From the NCBI GenBank assembly GCA_016180645.1, contig JACPAV010000005.1, positions 124,001-186,916 of the forward strand: 62,916 bases of DNA, in the 5' to 3' direction. Shown here in pieces: positions 35,143-44,867 of this stretch. A program made the position numbers and the translations under genes. The notes beneath the pieces were generated by a model that saw nothing but the letters and a program-made list of their open reading frames with translations, was not told where the DNA came from and did no database searches. The stretch comes from Nitrospirota bacterium. GTDB taxonomy: Bacteria > JACPQY01. Position 1 is the first letter of the stretch. The number at the start of each line of letters is the position of its first letter.

Positions 35143-36212
35143 GCCACCGCCACTCTCCCTCCGGAATCGTCTTTCATCGCCTGGGCGATGCTTTGTACAT
35201 ACGGAGCCTTCAACACCCCCCGATCCGTCATAATCGCCGAAATCAAATCATTTGGCGTTACATCAAACGCAGGATTGAAAACCTTCACCTTCCGGGGGGC
35301 TATCCGTCGACTCCCCACCCACTCCACCTCCCGCCTGGATCGCTCTTCGATTGGAATCTCTCGGCCATCGCGGATCTCTACGTCAAACGTCGTCAACGGC
35401 GCCGCGACATAGAATGGAATTCCCAGGCGTTTTGCGGCGCATGCAACACCGAATGTTCCGATCTTGTTGGCGGTATCCCCGTTCGCCGCGATACGATCCG
35501 CTCCCACGATGGCCAGATCGATCTTTCGATCCCTCATCACCGAGGCCGCCGCGCCGTCGACGATCAACGTCACCGGAATCCCATGCCTCTCCAACTCCCA
35601 GCAGGTCAGTCGCGCTCCCTGGAAAAGCGGGCGCGTTTCGTCGGCAAAGACTTCCACCTTCTTCCCTCGTCTCGAAGCTTCGATCACCACGCCCAACGCC
35701 GTGCCAAAGCTCCCCGTGGCCAATGGCCCCGTATTGCAATGGGTCAGAATGCGCGCCTCCGTGGGTACCAGATCCGCTCCCGCCAGACCGATCCGCCGGT
35801 TGCTTTCCTCCTCAATTCCCACAAGACGTTCCGCCTCTTCCAAAATGGCCGCTCGAACTTCGGGCGCGGCCGCGCTCGCCAGCTCGCTCAGTTTCTTCCG
35901 CATCGCTTCCATCGCCCAGAAGAGATTTCTCGCGGTCGGGCGGGTCCGGGCCAGGCGCTCCACGGCCTCCAGGATGGACTTCCGGACGCGCGCCCCATCC
36001 CCGCCTTTCGACTTCCATGCCGCCAAAGCCACGCCCCACGCACCGGCCACCCCGATCGCAGGCGCGCCACGAACCGCCAACGTTTCGATCGCCCGGGCCA
36101 CCTGTTCCACGGAATTGCATTTGAGGATTCGCACCCGATCCGGCAAGGCCCGTTGGTCGAGCAATCTCACCACACCCTTCCTGAATGAAATGATTGGCGG
36201 ATACCGCTTCAC
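35139..36212 (-). CDS. mtnA: S-methyl-5-thioribose-1-phosphate isomerase
   Basis: LDQRALP, VRGAPAIG, THCNTG, DETRP, NKIGT, NPAFDVTP. Confidence 0.95.
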   Translation of the reverse strand: MKRYPPIISFRKGVVRLLDQRALPDRVRILKCNSVEQVARAIETLAVRGAPAIGVAGAWGVALAAWKSKGGDGARVRKSILEAVERLARTRPTARNLFWAMEAMRKKLSELASAAAPEVRAAILEEAERLVGIEEESNRRIGLAGADLVPTEARILTHCNTGPLATGSFGTALGVVIEASRRGKKVEVFADETRPLFQGARLTCWELERHGIPVTLIVDGAAASVMRDRKIDLAIVGADRIAANGDTANKIGTFGVACAAKRLGIPFYVAAPLTTFDVEIRDGREIPIEERSRREVEWVGSRRIAPRKVKVFNPAFDVTPNDLISAIMTDRGVLKAPYVQSIAQAMKDDSGGRVAVA

Positions 36213-36216
36213 GAAC

Positions 36217-37515
36217 TTATGCCTTAGCCTCTCCCATGTCTCGGAACGCCTTTTCCCACCTTTTCAGTGCCCCCGCAAGGATCTTCTTTGTGTGGAAGGG
36301 AGACACAAAACATGCCTCAAACGGTGAGGGTGGCACATACAGCCCGTTCGCAAGCGCGGCGTGAAAGAAACGGGAGAACGCCGGTCGATCACACGCCAAG
36401 GCGTCCTCATAGCTCACCACCGGCCTCGGTGAGAAGAACAGCGTGAACATGCCGCACACCCAGGGAACCTGCACCTCGTATCCATGAGATTCCGCCAGCT
36501 TCGCCAGCGCCCCGGCGAATTTCTGCGTCGTTTTCTCCAGAGCGAGATAAGGCTTTCGCGTGGCAAGCCAGTCCACCGCCGCCGCCCCACACGCCATGGC
36601 GGCCCGGTTTCCGGCCAGCGTGCCCGCTTGGTACACGGGGCCCAGCGGCGCAACACATTCCATGATGTCTTTCCCGCCGCCATAGGCGCCCACCGGAAGC
36701 CCCCCCCCCATGATCTTCCCCAAGCACACCAGATCCGGCCGGATCCCCGACCACTCCACGGCCCCCCCGTGCCGCACGCGAAAGCCCGAGATCACCTCGT
36801 CGAAAATCAGAACCGTCCCGTGCTCAGAGGTCATCCGGCGGATTTCCCGCAGAAAGCCGTCCCGAGGACGTACCAGACCCATGTTGGCCGCGATTGGTTC
36901 GACGATCACGGCGGCAATTTCTCTCCCTTCCGCCGCAAACAGCCGCCTGAGGGCTTCGACGTCGTTGTACGGCACCACGCGGGTTTCCGCCACGAACGAC
37001 GCGGGCACTCCGCTCGAATCTGGAAGCGAAAGGGTCGCCGCTCCGGACCCGGCCTTGGCGAGCAGCCCGTCTGAGTGACCGTGGTAGCACCCGGCAAATT
37101 TCACGATCCGACTCCGACCGGTAAAACCACGCGCCGCTCGAACCGCCGACATGGTGGCTTCCGTCCCGGAATTCACAAACCGGATAAGCTCCAACATCGG
37201 GAAGGCCTTCCGAATGGACCGCGCGAGATGGATTTCCTCCGGCACGGGAGCGCCGAGCACGGTCCCGCGACGGGCGGCCGCCGTCACCGCCTTCGTCAAA
37301 AGCGGATTCGCATGTCCCAGAAAGACCGCCCCATAGGATTGGACGAAATCGATGTACCGGTTTCCATCGACATCCCACACCCAGGGTCCCCTGCCCCGCT
37401 CAATGAAGACGGGATTTCCGCCCACGGATTTGAACGCACGCACCGGGCTCGACACCCCGCCCACCAGAAGCGCGGAGGCTTCGCGAAAGAGTCGGTCGGA
37501 CTTCGACGTCTTCAC
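36217..37515 (-). CDS. hemL: Glutamate-1-semialdehyde 2,1-aminomutase
   Basis: GGVSSPVRAF, NSGTEATM, FDEVISGFR, GKIMGGGLP, VYQAGTL. Confidence 0.95.
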   Translation of the reverse strand: MKTSKSDRLFREASALLVGGVSSPVRAFKSVGGNPVFIERGRGPWVWDVDGNRYIDFVQSYGAVFLGHANPLLTKAVTAAARRGTVLGAPVPEEIHLARSIRKAFPMLELIRFVNSGTEATMSAVRAARGFTGRSRIVKFAGCYHGHSDGLLAKAGSGAATLSLPDSSGVPASFVAETRVVPYNDVEALRRLFAAEGREIAAVIVEPIAANMGLVRPRDGFLREIRRMTSEHGTVLIFDEVISGFRVRHGGAVEWSGIRPDLVCLGKIMGGGLPVGAYGGGKDIMECVAPLGPVYQAGTLAGNRAAMACGAAAVDWLATRKPYLALEKTTQKFAGALAKLAESHGYEVQVPWVCGMFTLFFSPRPVVSYEDALACDRPAFSRFFHAALANGLYVPPSPFEACFVSPFHTKKILAGALKRWEKAFRDMGEAKA

Positions 37516-37524
37516 GACCGTCGC

Positions 37525-38382
37525 TTACAAGTCCCGATGCATCACCGACACCGGCCAACCCGCCTTTCGCAATCCGGCTGCCATTTCCTCAACGACCGCC
37601 ACGGAGCGGTGTTTTCCACCCGTGCATCCAAAAGCGATCGTCAGGTACGATTTTCCCTCTCGCTCATAACGGGGCAGGAGAAAATGGAGGAGACTGCTCG
37701 TGCGCTCCAGAAACTCAGTCCAACCCTGGTCCTGCCGCAGAAATCCCTTCACCTCATCCGTCCGGCCGTCCATGTCTCTCAAACCTTCCTGAAAAAAGGG
37801 ATTCGAGAGAAATCGCACATCGACCACCAGATCGCTGTCTTGCGGAACTCCATTCCTGTAGCCGAAGGACTTGAGATTGACGCGGAGGCGGTCCTTCCCC
37901 TTCGGCGCTCCAAACCGCTGAGTGACAAATTCCCGAAGCTGGTGGACCGTATACTCCGAGGTGTCCAAGACCATATCCGCCAAGTCCCGGAACGCCTTCA
38001 ACTGCCGCCGTTCGGCATCGATGCCCTCTTGGACGCTCCCTTCCGGGGAGAAGGGGTGCTTGCGTCGGGTCTCCGAGAATCGACGGATCAGGGCTTCGTC
38101 TCGCGAGTCCAGAAAAAGGATCTCCAAACGTGGCGCGCGTTCCTTGATCTCCCCAATGGTCTTGTCCAAGCCTGCGAGAAAGCCCCGTTCTCTGCCGTCG
38201 ATGGTCAACGCGAGCTTTTCCACCTCCCCCGTCGTCTGCTCAAACAAGTCGATCAGTTTGGGAAGCAGCACGCCGGGGATGTTGTCGACGCAGTAGTAAC
38301 CGGAGTCTTCCAACGCCTTGCTCGCCGTGGATTTCCCCGAGCCCGACAGCCCGGTGACGACAACGATCCGGAGATCACTCAC
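37525..38382 (-). CDS. rapZ: RNase adapter RapZ
   Basis: TGLSGSGKS, ETRRKHP, SFGY, DVRFLSNP, GCTGGKHRSV. Confidence 0.93.
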   Translation of the reverse strand: MSDLRIVVVTGLSGSGKSTASKALEDSGYYCVDNIPGVLLPKLIDLFEQTTGEVEKLALTIDGRERGFLAGLDKTIGEIKERAPRLEILFLDSRDEALIRRFSETRRKHPFSPEGSVQEGIDAERRQLKAFRDLADMVLDTSEYTVHQLREFVTQRFGAPKGKDRLRVNLKSFGYRNGVPQDSDLVVDVRFLSNPFFQEGLRDMDGRTDEVKGFLRQDQGWTEFLERTSSLLHFLLPRYEREGKSYLTIAFGCTGGKHRSVAVVEEMAAGLRKAGWPVSVMHRDL

Positions 38383-38406
38383 TCTTCTGGCCGAAGGGAT
38401 CGCTGT

Positions 38407-38733
38407 TCAGGCGGTCTCCGCATCTTTCTCCCGATGGTGATCCTGTACCTTTTCCTTGCGCTTCTGGAGCTGAATGCGAATCTTATGAAGGGCCTCCGTC
38501 ACCGATTCAACGGCTGAGTGACCCCGGCCGCTGCCTGTGACGTGTCCACCCTTCGACCGAAGGGTGACCGACGCCAGGACTCGGCCGCGCTCTTCGGAAA
38601 TGGAGGCGTCCAGGTGAGGCTCCTCATTGCCGCCCCGGGACTTCAAGAGAAACTTCCGGAATCGCTCCAGGTGATCCGTGATGAGGGCTTCCACCGTGGG
38701 ATCCGGTTCAACCTTGCGGTAATGAATGTTCAT
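38407..38733 (-). CDS. hpf: Ribosome hibernation factor (HPF/RaiA-like), divergent
   Basis: Downstream of rpoN; MNIHYR..., EALHKIRIQLQKRKEK pattern. Confidence 0.7.
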   Translation of the reverse strand: MNIHYRKVEPDPTVEALITDHLERFRKFLLKSRGGNEEPHLDASISEERGRVLASVTLRSKGGHVTGSGRGHSAVESVTEALHKIRIQLQKRKEKVQDHHREKDAETA

Positions 38734-38809
38734 CCCCCACCTATCCTTTCAGTGCTTTCGGATGTGAGAGCCGGTTGTCGCCATCTCCGCGGAGGCGGCC
38801 ACCCATCGA

Positions 38810-40276
38810 CTACCTCTGCTTTCTCTGGAAGGCCGGCGGGATGCCCGCCTGCTCGCGATACTTGGCCACGGTCCTGCGAGAGATGTTGATTCCCTTTGCG
38901 CGCAGGTGTTTGGCGATTTCCATGTCCGACAGGGGCCGCCGCTTGTTCTCGTTCTCCAACAATATCATGAAATCGTGCTTGATGGATTCGGTGGAGATAC
39001 TCGTTCCCTGACGGGTCACCATCCCCGTCGAGAAGAACTCCTTCAATCGCAGGACGCCCTGCGGGGTTTCCGCATACTTGTTGCTCGTGACCCGGCTGAC
39101 GGTCGATTCGTGGACACCTACCTCACGCGCGATATCCCTCAGGGTCAGGGGCTTCAGAAAGCCCACGCCGTGATCCAGGAAATCCCGTTGAAACTTGACC
39201 AACGCGGTGGCGACCTTGAAGATCGTCTTTTGGCGCTGGTCGATGCTCTTGATCAACCAGAGGGCGGACCGGATCTTGTCTTTCACATACATCTTCTCTT
39301 TTTCGCCCAGGTCCCGACGTTGCGCGAGCGCGCGGTAGATGGGATTGATGACCACCGTCGGCACGCCCTGATTGTTCAGCCGGATCTCGTAGTCGTTGCC
39401 CACTTTCTCGATCGTGAGGTCCGGCGTCACGTAGGGTGCTTCTTCATTGGAGAAGGACCTCCCCGGCTTGGGATTGAGCCCCTTGATCAGGGTGAGCGCG
39501 TTTTGCGCCTCGCGGAGGGAAATATCGAGGGCCTTCGAGAGTCCCTTCGGATCGTTCTTGGCCACAAAGTCAAGACCTTCGGTGACCGCCCGCACGTACG
39601 CGGGACGGTCCACACCCATCTGACGAATCTGAATCAACAGGCATTCCTTCAGGTCCCTCGCCCCGACGCCGGCAGGATCAAGGGTTTGGATGACTCTCAG
39701 GGCCTCCTGCATGACCCCGGGGTCCATCTGGTTCTGTCCGGCCAAAGACTGGATATCCTCATCCAAGTATCCGTTGTCGTCCAGATTGCCCACGATGATT
39801 TCGGCGGCCCGGTACACCTCGGCGGATAGTTTGTTCAGTCCGAGCTGCCAAACCAGGTGATCTCTCAGGTTCCCCTCGCGCGAAACGATGTTCTCGTAAC
39901 TCGGACGATCGGCGGTCCCCGCGAAATCGGGGATCCGGACGTCGGATTCCCGGGCGACATTTTCCAGATACAGGTCGTCGGAACCTTCCGCCTTGGTCTC
40001 CTTCACCGGTGCCTCGATCGACTCCGGGTCGAAGGCATCGGAGGGCTTGGTGGTGGTGCCCGCCCCATCGGGCTTCCCGGTTTCCAGGCGCTCTCCTTCG
40101 AGCTTGTTTTCCTGGATCGTCACTTCTTCCAAGGCCGGATTCGCCTCCAATTCCGCCTTCAAGTATTCCTCGAGATCCAACCTCGGCATCTGGAGGAGCT
40201 TGAGAGAAAGCTGGAGCTGCGGAACCAGGATGAGCTGCTGGCTCAGCCTGAGTTCCTGCTTGATGTCAAGTCCCAT
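38810..40276 (-). CDS. rpoN: RNA polymerase sigma-54 factor
   Basis: QLQLSLKLLQ, DPAGVGAR, HESTVSR, RpoN box SRRTVAKYR. Confidence 0.96.
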   Translation of the reverse strand: MGLDIKQELRLSQQLILVPQLQLSLKLLQMPRLDLEEYLKAELEANPALEEVTIQENKLEGERLETGKPDGAGTTTKPSDAFDPESIEAPVKETKAEGSDDLYLENVARESDVRIPDFAGTADRPSYENIVSREGNLRDHLVWQLGLNKLSAEVYRAAEIIVGNLDDNGYLDEDIQSLAGQNQMDPGVMQEALRVIQTLDPAGVGARDLKECLLIQIRQMGVDRPAYVRAVTEGLDFVAKNDPKGLSKALDISLREAQNALTLIKGLNPKPGRSFSNEEAPYVTPDLTIEKVGNDYEIRLNNQGVPTVVINPIYRALAQRRDLGEKEKMYVKDKIRSALWLIKSIDQRQKTIFKVATALVKFQRDFLDHGVGFLKPLTLRDIAREVGVHESTVSRVTSNKYAETPQGVLRLKEFFSTGMVTRQGTSISTESIKHDFMILLENENKRRPLSDMEIAKHLRAKGINISRRTVAKYREQAGIPPAFQRKQR

Positions 40277-40284
40277 GCAGTCTC

Positions 40285-41028
40285 CTAGAAACGAAACGTC
40301 GGGCCGAGGTAAAATTGCTTGGCCGCTTCGCTGGCGGCGATTCGGGACGGCGGCCCGTCCTCCAGAATCTTCCCCTGGTGGATCAGATACGCGCGATCGC
40401 ACACTTCCAGCGTGTCCCGCACGTTATGGTCGGACAGGATGATCCCCACGCCCTTTGAAGCGATGTACTTGATGAGCTGTTGAATCTCGCCGACGGTGAT
40501 CGGATCGATGCCGGAGAACGGTTCATCCAGAAGAAAAAAGAGCGGCTCGAGGGCGAAGGCCCTTGCGATCTCCACCCTACGGCGCTCCCCTCCGGAGAGC
40601 ACCATGGCCTTCTTGTCTTCCAGGTGGGTAATTCGGAATTCATCCATGACCGAGTAAAGTTTCTCGCGGCGCTTGCGGGAGTTCAGGGGAAGAATCTCCA
40701 ATGTCGCCAGAATGTTCTCGGCCACGCTCATCTTTCGGAACACGGAAGGCTCTTGGGGCAGATAGAGGAGGCCGTACTGGGCGCGGCGGTGAATCGGGAG
40801 ACGCGTGATTTCCGTGGAGTCCAGCCAGATGCCTCCGGCGTCCGGCTTCACGAGACCGGTCATCATGTGAAAGGTCGTCGTCTTTCCTGCGCCGTTGGGA
40901 CCCAGGAGCCCCACGATTTCGCCCGGCCCGACGTTGACATTGACGCCATCCACTACGCGCCGCTTCCGGTAGCTCTTGACGAGGCCCTCCGTGCGAAGCT
41001 TCTTCGAGTGGGTTCGCGATTCTTTCAC
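40285..41028 (-). CDS. lptB: LPS export ABC ATPase; start GTG 41028 or ATG 41133
   Basis: LLGPNGAGKTT, YLPQEPSVFRK, LSGGERRRVEIAR, DHNVRDTL, YLG.F. Confidence 0.95.
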   Translation of the reverse strand: MKESRTHSKKLRTEGLVKSYRKRRVVDGVNVNVGPGEIVGLLGPNGAGKTTTFHMMTGLVKPDAGGIWLDSTEITRLPIHRRAQYGLLYLPQEPSVFRKMSVAENILATLEILPLNSRKRREKLYSVMDEFRITHLEDKKAMVLSGGERRRVEIARAFALEPLFFLLDEPFSGIDPITVGEIQQLIKYIASKGVGIILSDHNVRDTLEVCDRAYLIHQGKILEDGPPSRIAASEAAKQFYLGPTFRF

Positions 41029-41119
41029 AATCCCCCCACCCCAGCCCTCTCCCGCAAAGGGCGCAACGCGGCCCGGGGCCGGGTGAGGGCCGCCTGCCGG
41101 CACACTCTCCGTCTGTTGG

Positions 41120-41938
41120 CTATTGCCGGACATCTTTCTCCGGAACGATCGTCTGGACCGGCTGCTTGTCCGAGCCCAGGACGACCATCTTCTTGTCGCT
41201 GAGGGTGACCAGCACCTTGTCACCGGCGGAAATCTTGTCCCCCTGGTGGATTCGCGGCTCCCCCGTCAGGACGATCTCTCCGTTCTTCTTGTCGTACACC
41301 CCCTCTTTCCCCTCTCCCCAGGTTGTCGGATCCTTCCGATCGATGACTTTGACCGAGCCTTTGCCGGTAAAACCCAGGATCTCGTGGGTCTTGGGGTCGT
41401 AGTTCGCGTCCATGGTTTCGGCCTTGACGAAATAGTCCGCCGTGGTGGCCACGACGTTCCCCTCGAAAGTCGCCTTATTGTCCTTCTCATGGGCCGTCAT
41501 CCGGTCGGACTTGATTTCGATTTTCTCCGTCTTTTTCTCGCCGACCGTCGGCTCCGGCGCCACGTTCACATCGGCCACCGTGAGCACGCCACCGGATAAT
41601 TCGAATACGTCTACGGGGCGATCGACACGCCCCGTCGGGGCGCGACTTTCGAGGCTTTCGGAATCGTTGAGGCGCGAATCGACGTGGACGGCGGTGAATT
41701 CGATGTGGTCCCAAGACTCGTCCGCCACCGCTTCATCCGCCCGGATGTCCCAGTCCAACTTTCCATCCCTGAACACACTCATGCGCACACCTTCGAGGTG
41801 CCGGTCGGTTGGGGATCTGACCTCGATGGGTGACCGGACGCTCGCGTCTTCTTCCCGGGCCAGTTTCACTACCGCCCACGAGATCCAGCCGAGGACGGCC
41901 AGCGATCCCAGGAGGTAGGCCAACACGCGAAATCGCAC
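41120..41938 (-). CDS. LptC-LptA fusion-like LPS transport protein
   Basis: N-terminal TM, LptC-like WDIRADEA segment, then LptA-like IEIKSD...ATFEGNV...IVLTGEPRIHQG; directly upstream of lptB. Confidence 0.75.
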   Translation of the reverse strand: MRFRVLAYLLGSLAVLGWISWAVVKLAREEDASVRSPIEVRSPTDRHLEGVRMSVFRDGKLDWDIRADEAVADESWDHIEFTAVHVDSRLNDSESLESRAPTGRVDRPVDVFELSGGVLTVADVNVAPEPTVGEKKTEKIEIKSDRMTAHEKDNKATFEGNVVATTADYFVKAETMDANYDPKTHEILGFTGKGSVKVIDRKDPTTWGEGKEGVYDKKNGEIVLTGEPRIHQGDKISAGDKVLVTLSDKKMVVLGSDKQPVQTIVPEKDVRQ

Positions 41939-42086
41939 ACGTTCACGTTAACACCAATCGCCCGGAGAGTAAAGAAAATGACCCGGTTTTGGCCCTCCGA
42001 TTGCTATAGCAACGGATGCCAATCCGAAATCAGCAAGATCGGTGCCGTTAGGTGACCTTGGATTCCCAACGCCGGGCCGGCCGGAC

Positions 42087-43064
42087 CTAGCGTTGCGGCA
42101 GCTCCTTGTGGGCCGGAACCACCCCGAGGCCATCCGCCTCCCTCACCGCACGAAAAACCGCCTCGGAGGCTACGTGGGCGGCCGCCGCCCCCACGTTCTT
42201 GACGTCGCACCCGTCCTTCCGGAGCGAGAATGCCATGACCACGTCTCCATCGACTGGCGTCTGGAAGGGCCGGATCACCCTCGCCAGACCCGTGGAGGCC
42301 ATCCGCGCCACGACCCCCAGTTCGGATTTCGACAGATCGGCATCGGTCGCGATAAGGAGAAGCGTCGTGTGCTGGCCGTGGATCAGATCCTCCCTCACAA
42401 GGCCGCCCCGAAGGGCGGCCTCGGTGTCCAGGAATCCCCCCCCGGGAGTCCTGGCGCCCGCCACGAGGCGCCCGGAGCCGGGGTCGAAGATGTCGCCGAA
42501 GGCATTGACCACTACAAGCGCGCCCACACGAATTCCCGGCGCGATCTCGCAAAAGGCCGACCCCACCCCTCCCTTGCACGCCGAGAGGAATCCATTGAAT
42601 TTCCCCACGGTCGCGCCCGTCCCCGCGCCCACACTTCCCTCTTGGACGCGACCGTCCGATGCCGACACACATGCCTGGTAGGCCAGATCCGGTGAAGGCC
42701 GCTCCATCCCCCCCGACCGGGCGATACTGAATGGAACATCGAAAATGACGGAAGTGGGGACCACGGGGATTCTCGCCAGCTTGAGGTCCAACCCGACACC
42801 CTTCTCCTCCAGGTAGCGTACGACGCCCCCCGCAGCATCCAGGCCGAATGCACTTCCGCCGCTAAAAAGAACCGCGTGCGCTTCCCCCCCCGTGTGGTGG
42901 GGAAACAGGCCATCGACCTGCCTCGTGCTCGTCGCCCCTCCCAACAACAGAATGGAGCCGAGGGCCGGCTGATCGAACAGAATCACCGTCAACCCCGATC
43001 CCCCCTTCGGTGTTGACGCATGCCCGACCCGGATCCCCCCCAGACCGGTCAGGGTGTCGTTCAC
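42087..43064 (-). CDS. Peptidase family S58 (DmpA/P1-like)
   Basis: GGSAFGL, GSVGAGTGA, KGGVGSA, VVNAFGD, HTT, DGD. Confidence 0.88.
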   Translation of the reverse strand: MNDTLTGLGGIRVGHASTPKGGSGLTVILFDQPALGSILLLGGATSTRQVDGLFPHHTGGEAHAVLFSGGSAFGLDAAGGVVRYLEEKGVGLDLKLARIPVVPTSVIFDVPFSIARSGGMERPSPDLAYQACVSASDGRVQEGSVGAGTGATVGKFNGFLSACKGGVGSAFCEIAPGIRVGALVVVNAFGDIFDPGSGRLVAGARTPGGGFLDTEAALRGGLVREDLIHGQHTTLLLIATDADLSKSELGVVARMASTGLARVIRPFQTPVDGDVVMAFSLRKDGCDVKNVGAAAAHVASEAVFRAVREADGLGVVPAHKELPQR

Positions 43065-43783
43065 TTCGGTTCCGGAGGCAGGATCCCTTCGCCCAACTTT
43101 CCCCGCGCCTCCAGAGAAGCCACGCCCGCCCTGGCCTTGGAGATCAGGTTGTCGATTTCGGGCCGGTCCATCTGATCCGAGTAGTCCGCCGCCAGTTGGT
43201 CCAACCTGTACAGTGCCGCGCGGTATTCCCCCCGCCGGAGGTAAAACTTGGCCACATACAATTCATACTCGGCGGCCCGCTTCCGAAGCTTGCCCAGTCG
43301 TTCCGAGGCCTGGCCCGCAAATTCGCTTGCGCCGTACTGTTGGACGACGTGCCGGTACTGGTCGATCGCGTTCAGCGTGGCCGTGGGGTCTCGGTCCATC
43401 GAGAGCATATCTTCCTCGTACGATCGACCGATCATGAAAGCGGCATGCGGGACCTTCGGATGACTCGGGTGCATCCGGATGAACTCCTCATACCCCACCA
43501 CCGCTTCCGAGAACTTCCGGTCCTTGAAATACACCTCCCCGATCATGAGCCTGGACAGCGAGGCATACTCGCTGTAGGGATAGTCGTCGACGATCCGTTT
43601 GAAATTGTCCAGCGCGCGCTCATAGTCCGGTAGGGCCGGCAGAAACCAGAGCTTGGTGCCTTCCACCCAGCGCATCGCCTCGTCGTACAATTCCTGCGCG
43701 GTCTTTTCCTTCTTCTCCTGAGTCGCCGCGCAGGACAGTCCTAGAGCGGCGCCTATCCATACCGCCGCCATCCACGTCTTCAT
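43061..43783 (-). CDS. bamD: Outer membrane assembly lipoprotein BamD
   Basis: Lipobox LGLSC, TPRs, YPYSEY, HPSHP, DRDPT, VAKFY. Confidence 0.88.
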   Translation of the reverse strand: MKTWMAAVWIGAALGLSCAATQEKKEKTAQELYDEAMRWVEGTKLWFLPALPDYERALDNFKRIVDDYPYSEYASLSRLMIGEVYFKDRKFSEAVVGYEEFIRMHPSHPKVPHAAFMIGRSYEEDMLSMDRDPTATLNAIDQYRHVVQQYGASEFAGQASERLGKLRKRAAEYELYVAKFYLRRGEYRAALYRLDQLAADYSDQMDRPEIDNLISKARAGVASLEARGKLGEGILPPEPK

Positions 43784-44727
43784 CCCACGCTCCCATTCAC
43801 GTACCACGCGTGCGTCTTTCTGAGGCCCTCTCGAACGGCCACCCGAGGCCGATATCCCAGAATTCGCCGTGCCGCAACGATAGAGGCCAGGGAATCCTTC
43901 ACGTCCCCAGGCCGGATCGGACCATGAATGGGGCGCACGACGGCGCCCGTGATACGACGGACGGCATCCGCCAGATCATTCACGCTGATCCGCTTCCCCC
44001 CGGCTATGTTGAACACCGTTCCCCCGAGCCTCCTCTCCGTCATGCCTGCCCGGACAATGCCCCTCACGCAATCCTCCACAAAGGTGAAATCGCGAGTCTG
44101 GCGTCCGTCCCCGTGGATCGTAGGACTTCGACCGGCGAGAAAGGCCGCGAAGAAGCGGGGAATGACCGCGGCATAGGCGGAGTGAGGGTCTTGCCTCGGT
44201 CCATACACGTTAAAGAAGCGAAGGGCGACCGTATCCAGGCCATAGAGAGCTGAAAATATCCGGCCATACAACTCTCCCATGAGTTTCGTGATGGCGTACG
44301 GAGAGCGTGGTAGAGGAACCATGTCCTCCCTTTTGGGCAGGGTGCGTATGTCCCCATAGACGGAGGAGCTGGATGCAAGAACAACGCGGTCCACCTTCGC
44401 CTCCCGTGCCGCCAGCAACACGTTGAGCGTTCCCGTTGCGTTCACCTCGTGGGACGTTTTCGGGTCCGCCACCGAGCGGGGAACCGACCCGAGGGCCGCG
44501 AGATGATAGGCCACCGCCACTCCAGCCATGGATTTCTTCACATCGGCGAGCTTCCGGATGTCTCCCCGAAGGATCTCTACGCGGCTTCCCACTCCGGCGA
44601 GATTTCTCCGCGTTCCGGTGGAAAAATCGTCGAGCATTCTGACGCGGACCCCTTTCTTCGCCAGTTCCTCCACCAGGTGGGAGCCGATGAACCCGGCGCC
44701 ACCGGTCACGAGCACGGCGTTAGACAT
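43780..44727 (-). CDS. NAD-dependent nucleotide-sugar epimerase (WbpP-like)
   Basis: TGGAGFIGS, SVPRS, SSSSVYG, YAITK, FNVYGPRQDP. Confidence 0.92.
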   Translation of the reverse strand: MSNAVLVTGGAGFIGSHLVEELAKKGVRVRMLDDFSTGTRRNLAGVGSRVEILRGDIRKLADVKKSMAGVAVAYHLAALGSVPRSVADPKTSHEVNATGTLNVLLAAREAKVDRVVLASSSSVYGDIRTLPKREDMVPLPRSPYAITKLMGELYGRIFSALYGLDTVALRFFNVYGPRQDPHSAYAAVIPRFFAAFLAGRSPTIHGDGRQTRDFTFVEDCVRGIVRAGMTERRLGGTVFNIAGGKRISVNDLADAVRRITGAVVRPIHGPIRPGDVKDSLASIVAARRILGYRPRVAVREGLRKTHAWYVNGSVG

Positions 44728-44867
44728 GTATCGCAAGAGTCCTTGATCCACTCGCCGTGCGGTAGGCCCAAACAGGGCCGTACGTACCCTGTTGAGCCTG
44801 GATACATCTCCGTGAAAACTTGCAGAACTTCATCAACAGGGTACGAGAGCCCGGATGCCGCTCGCCT

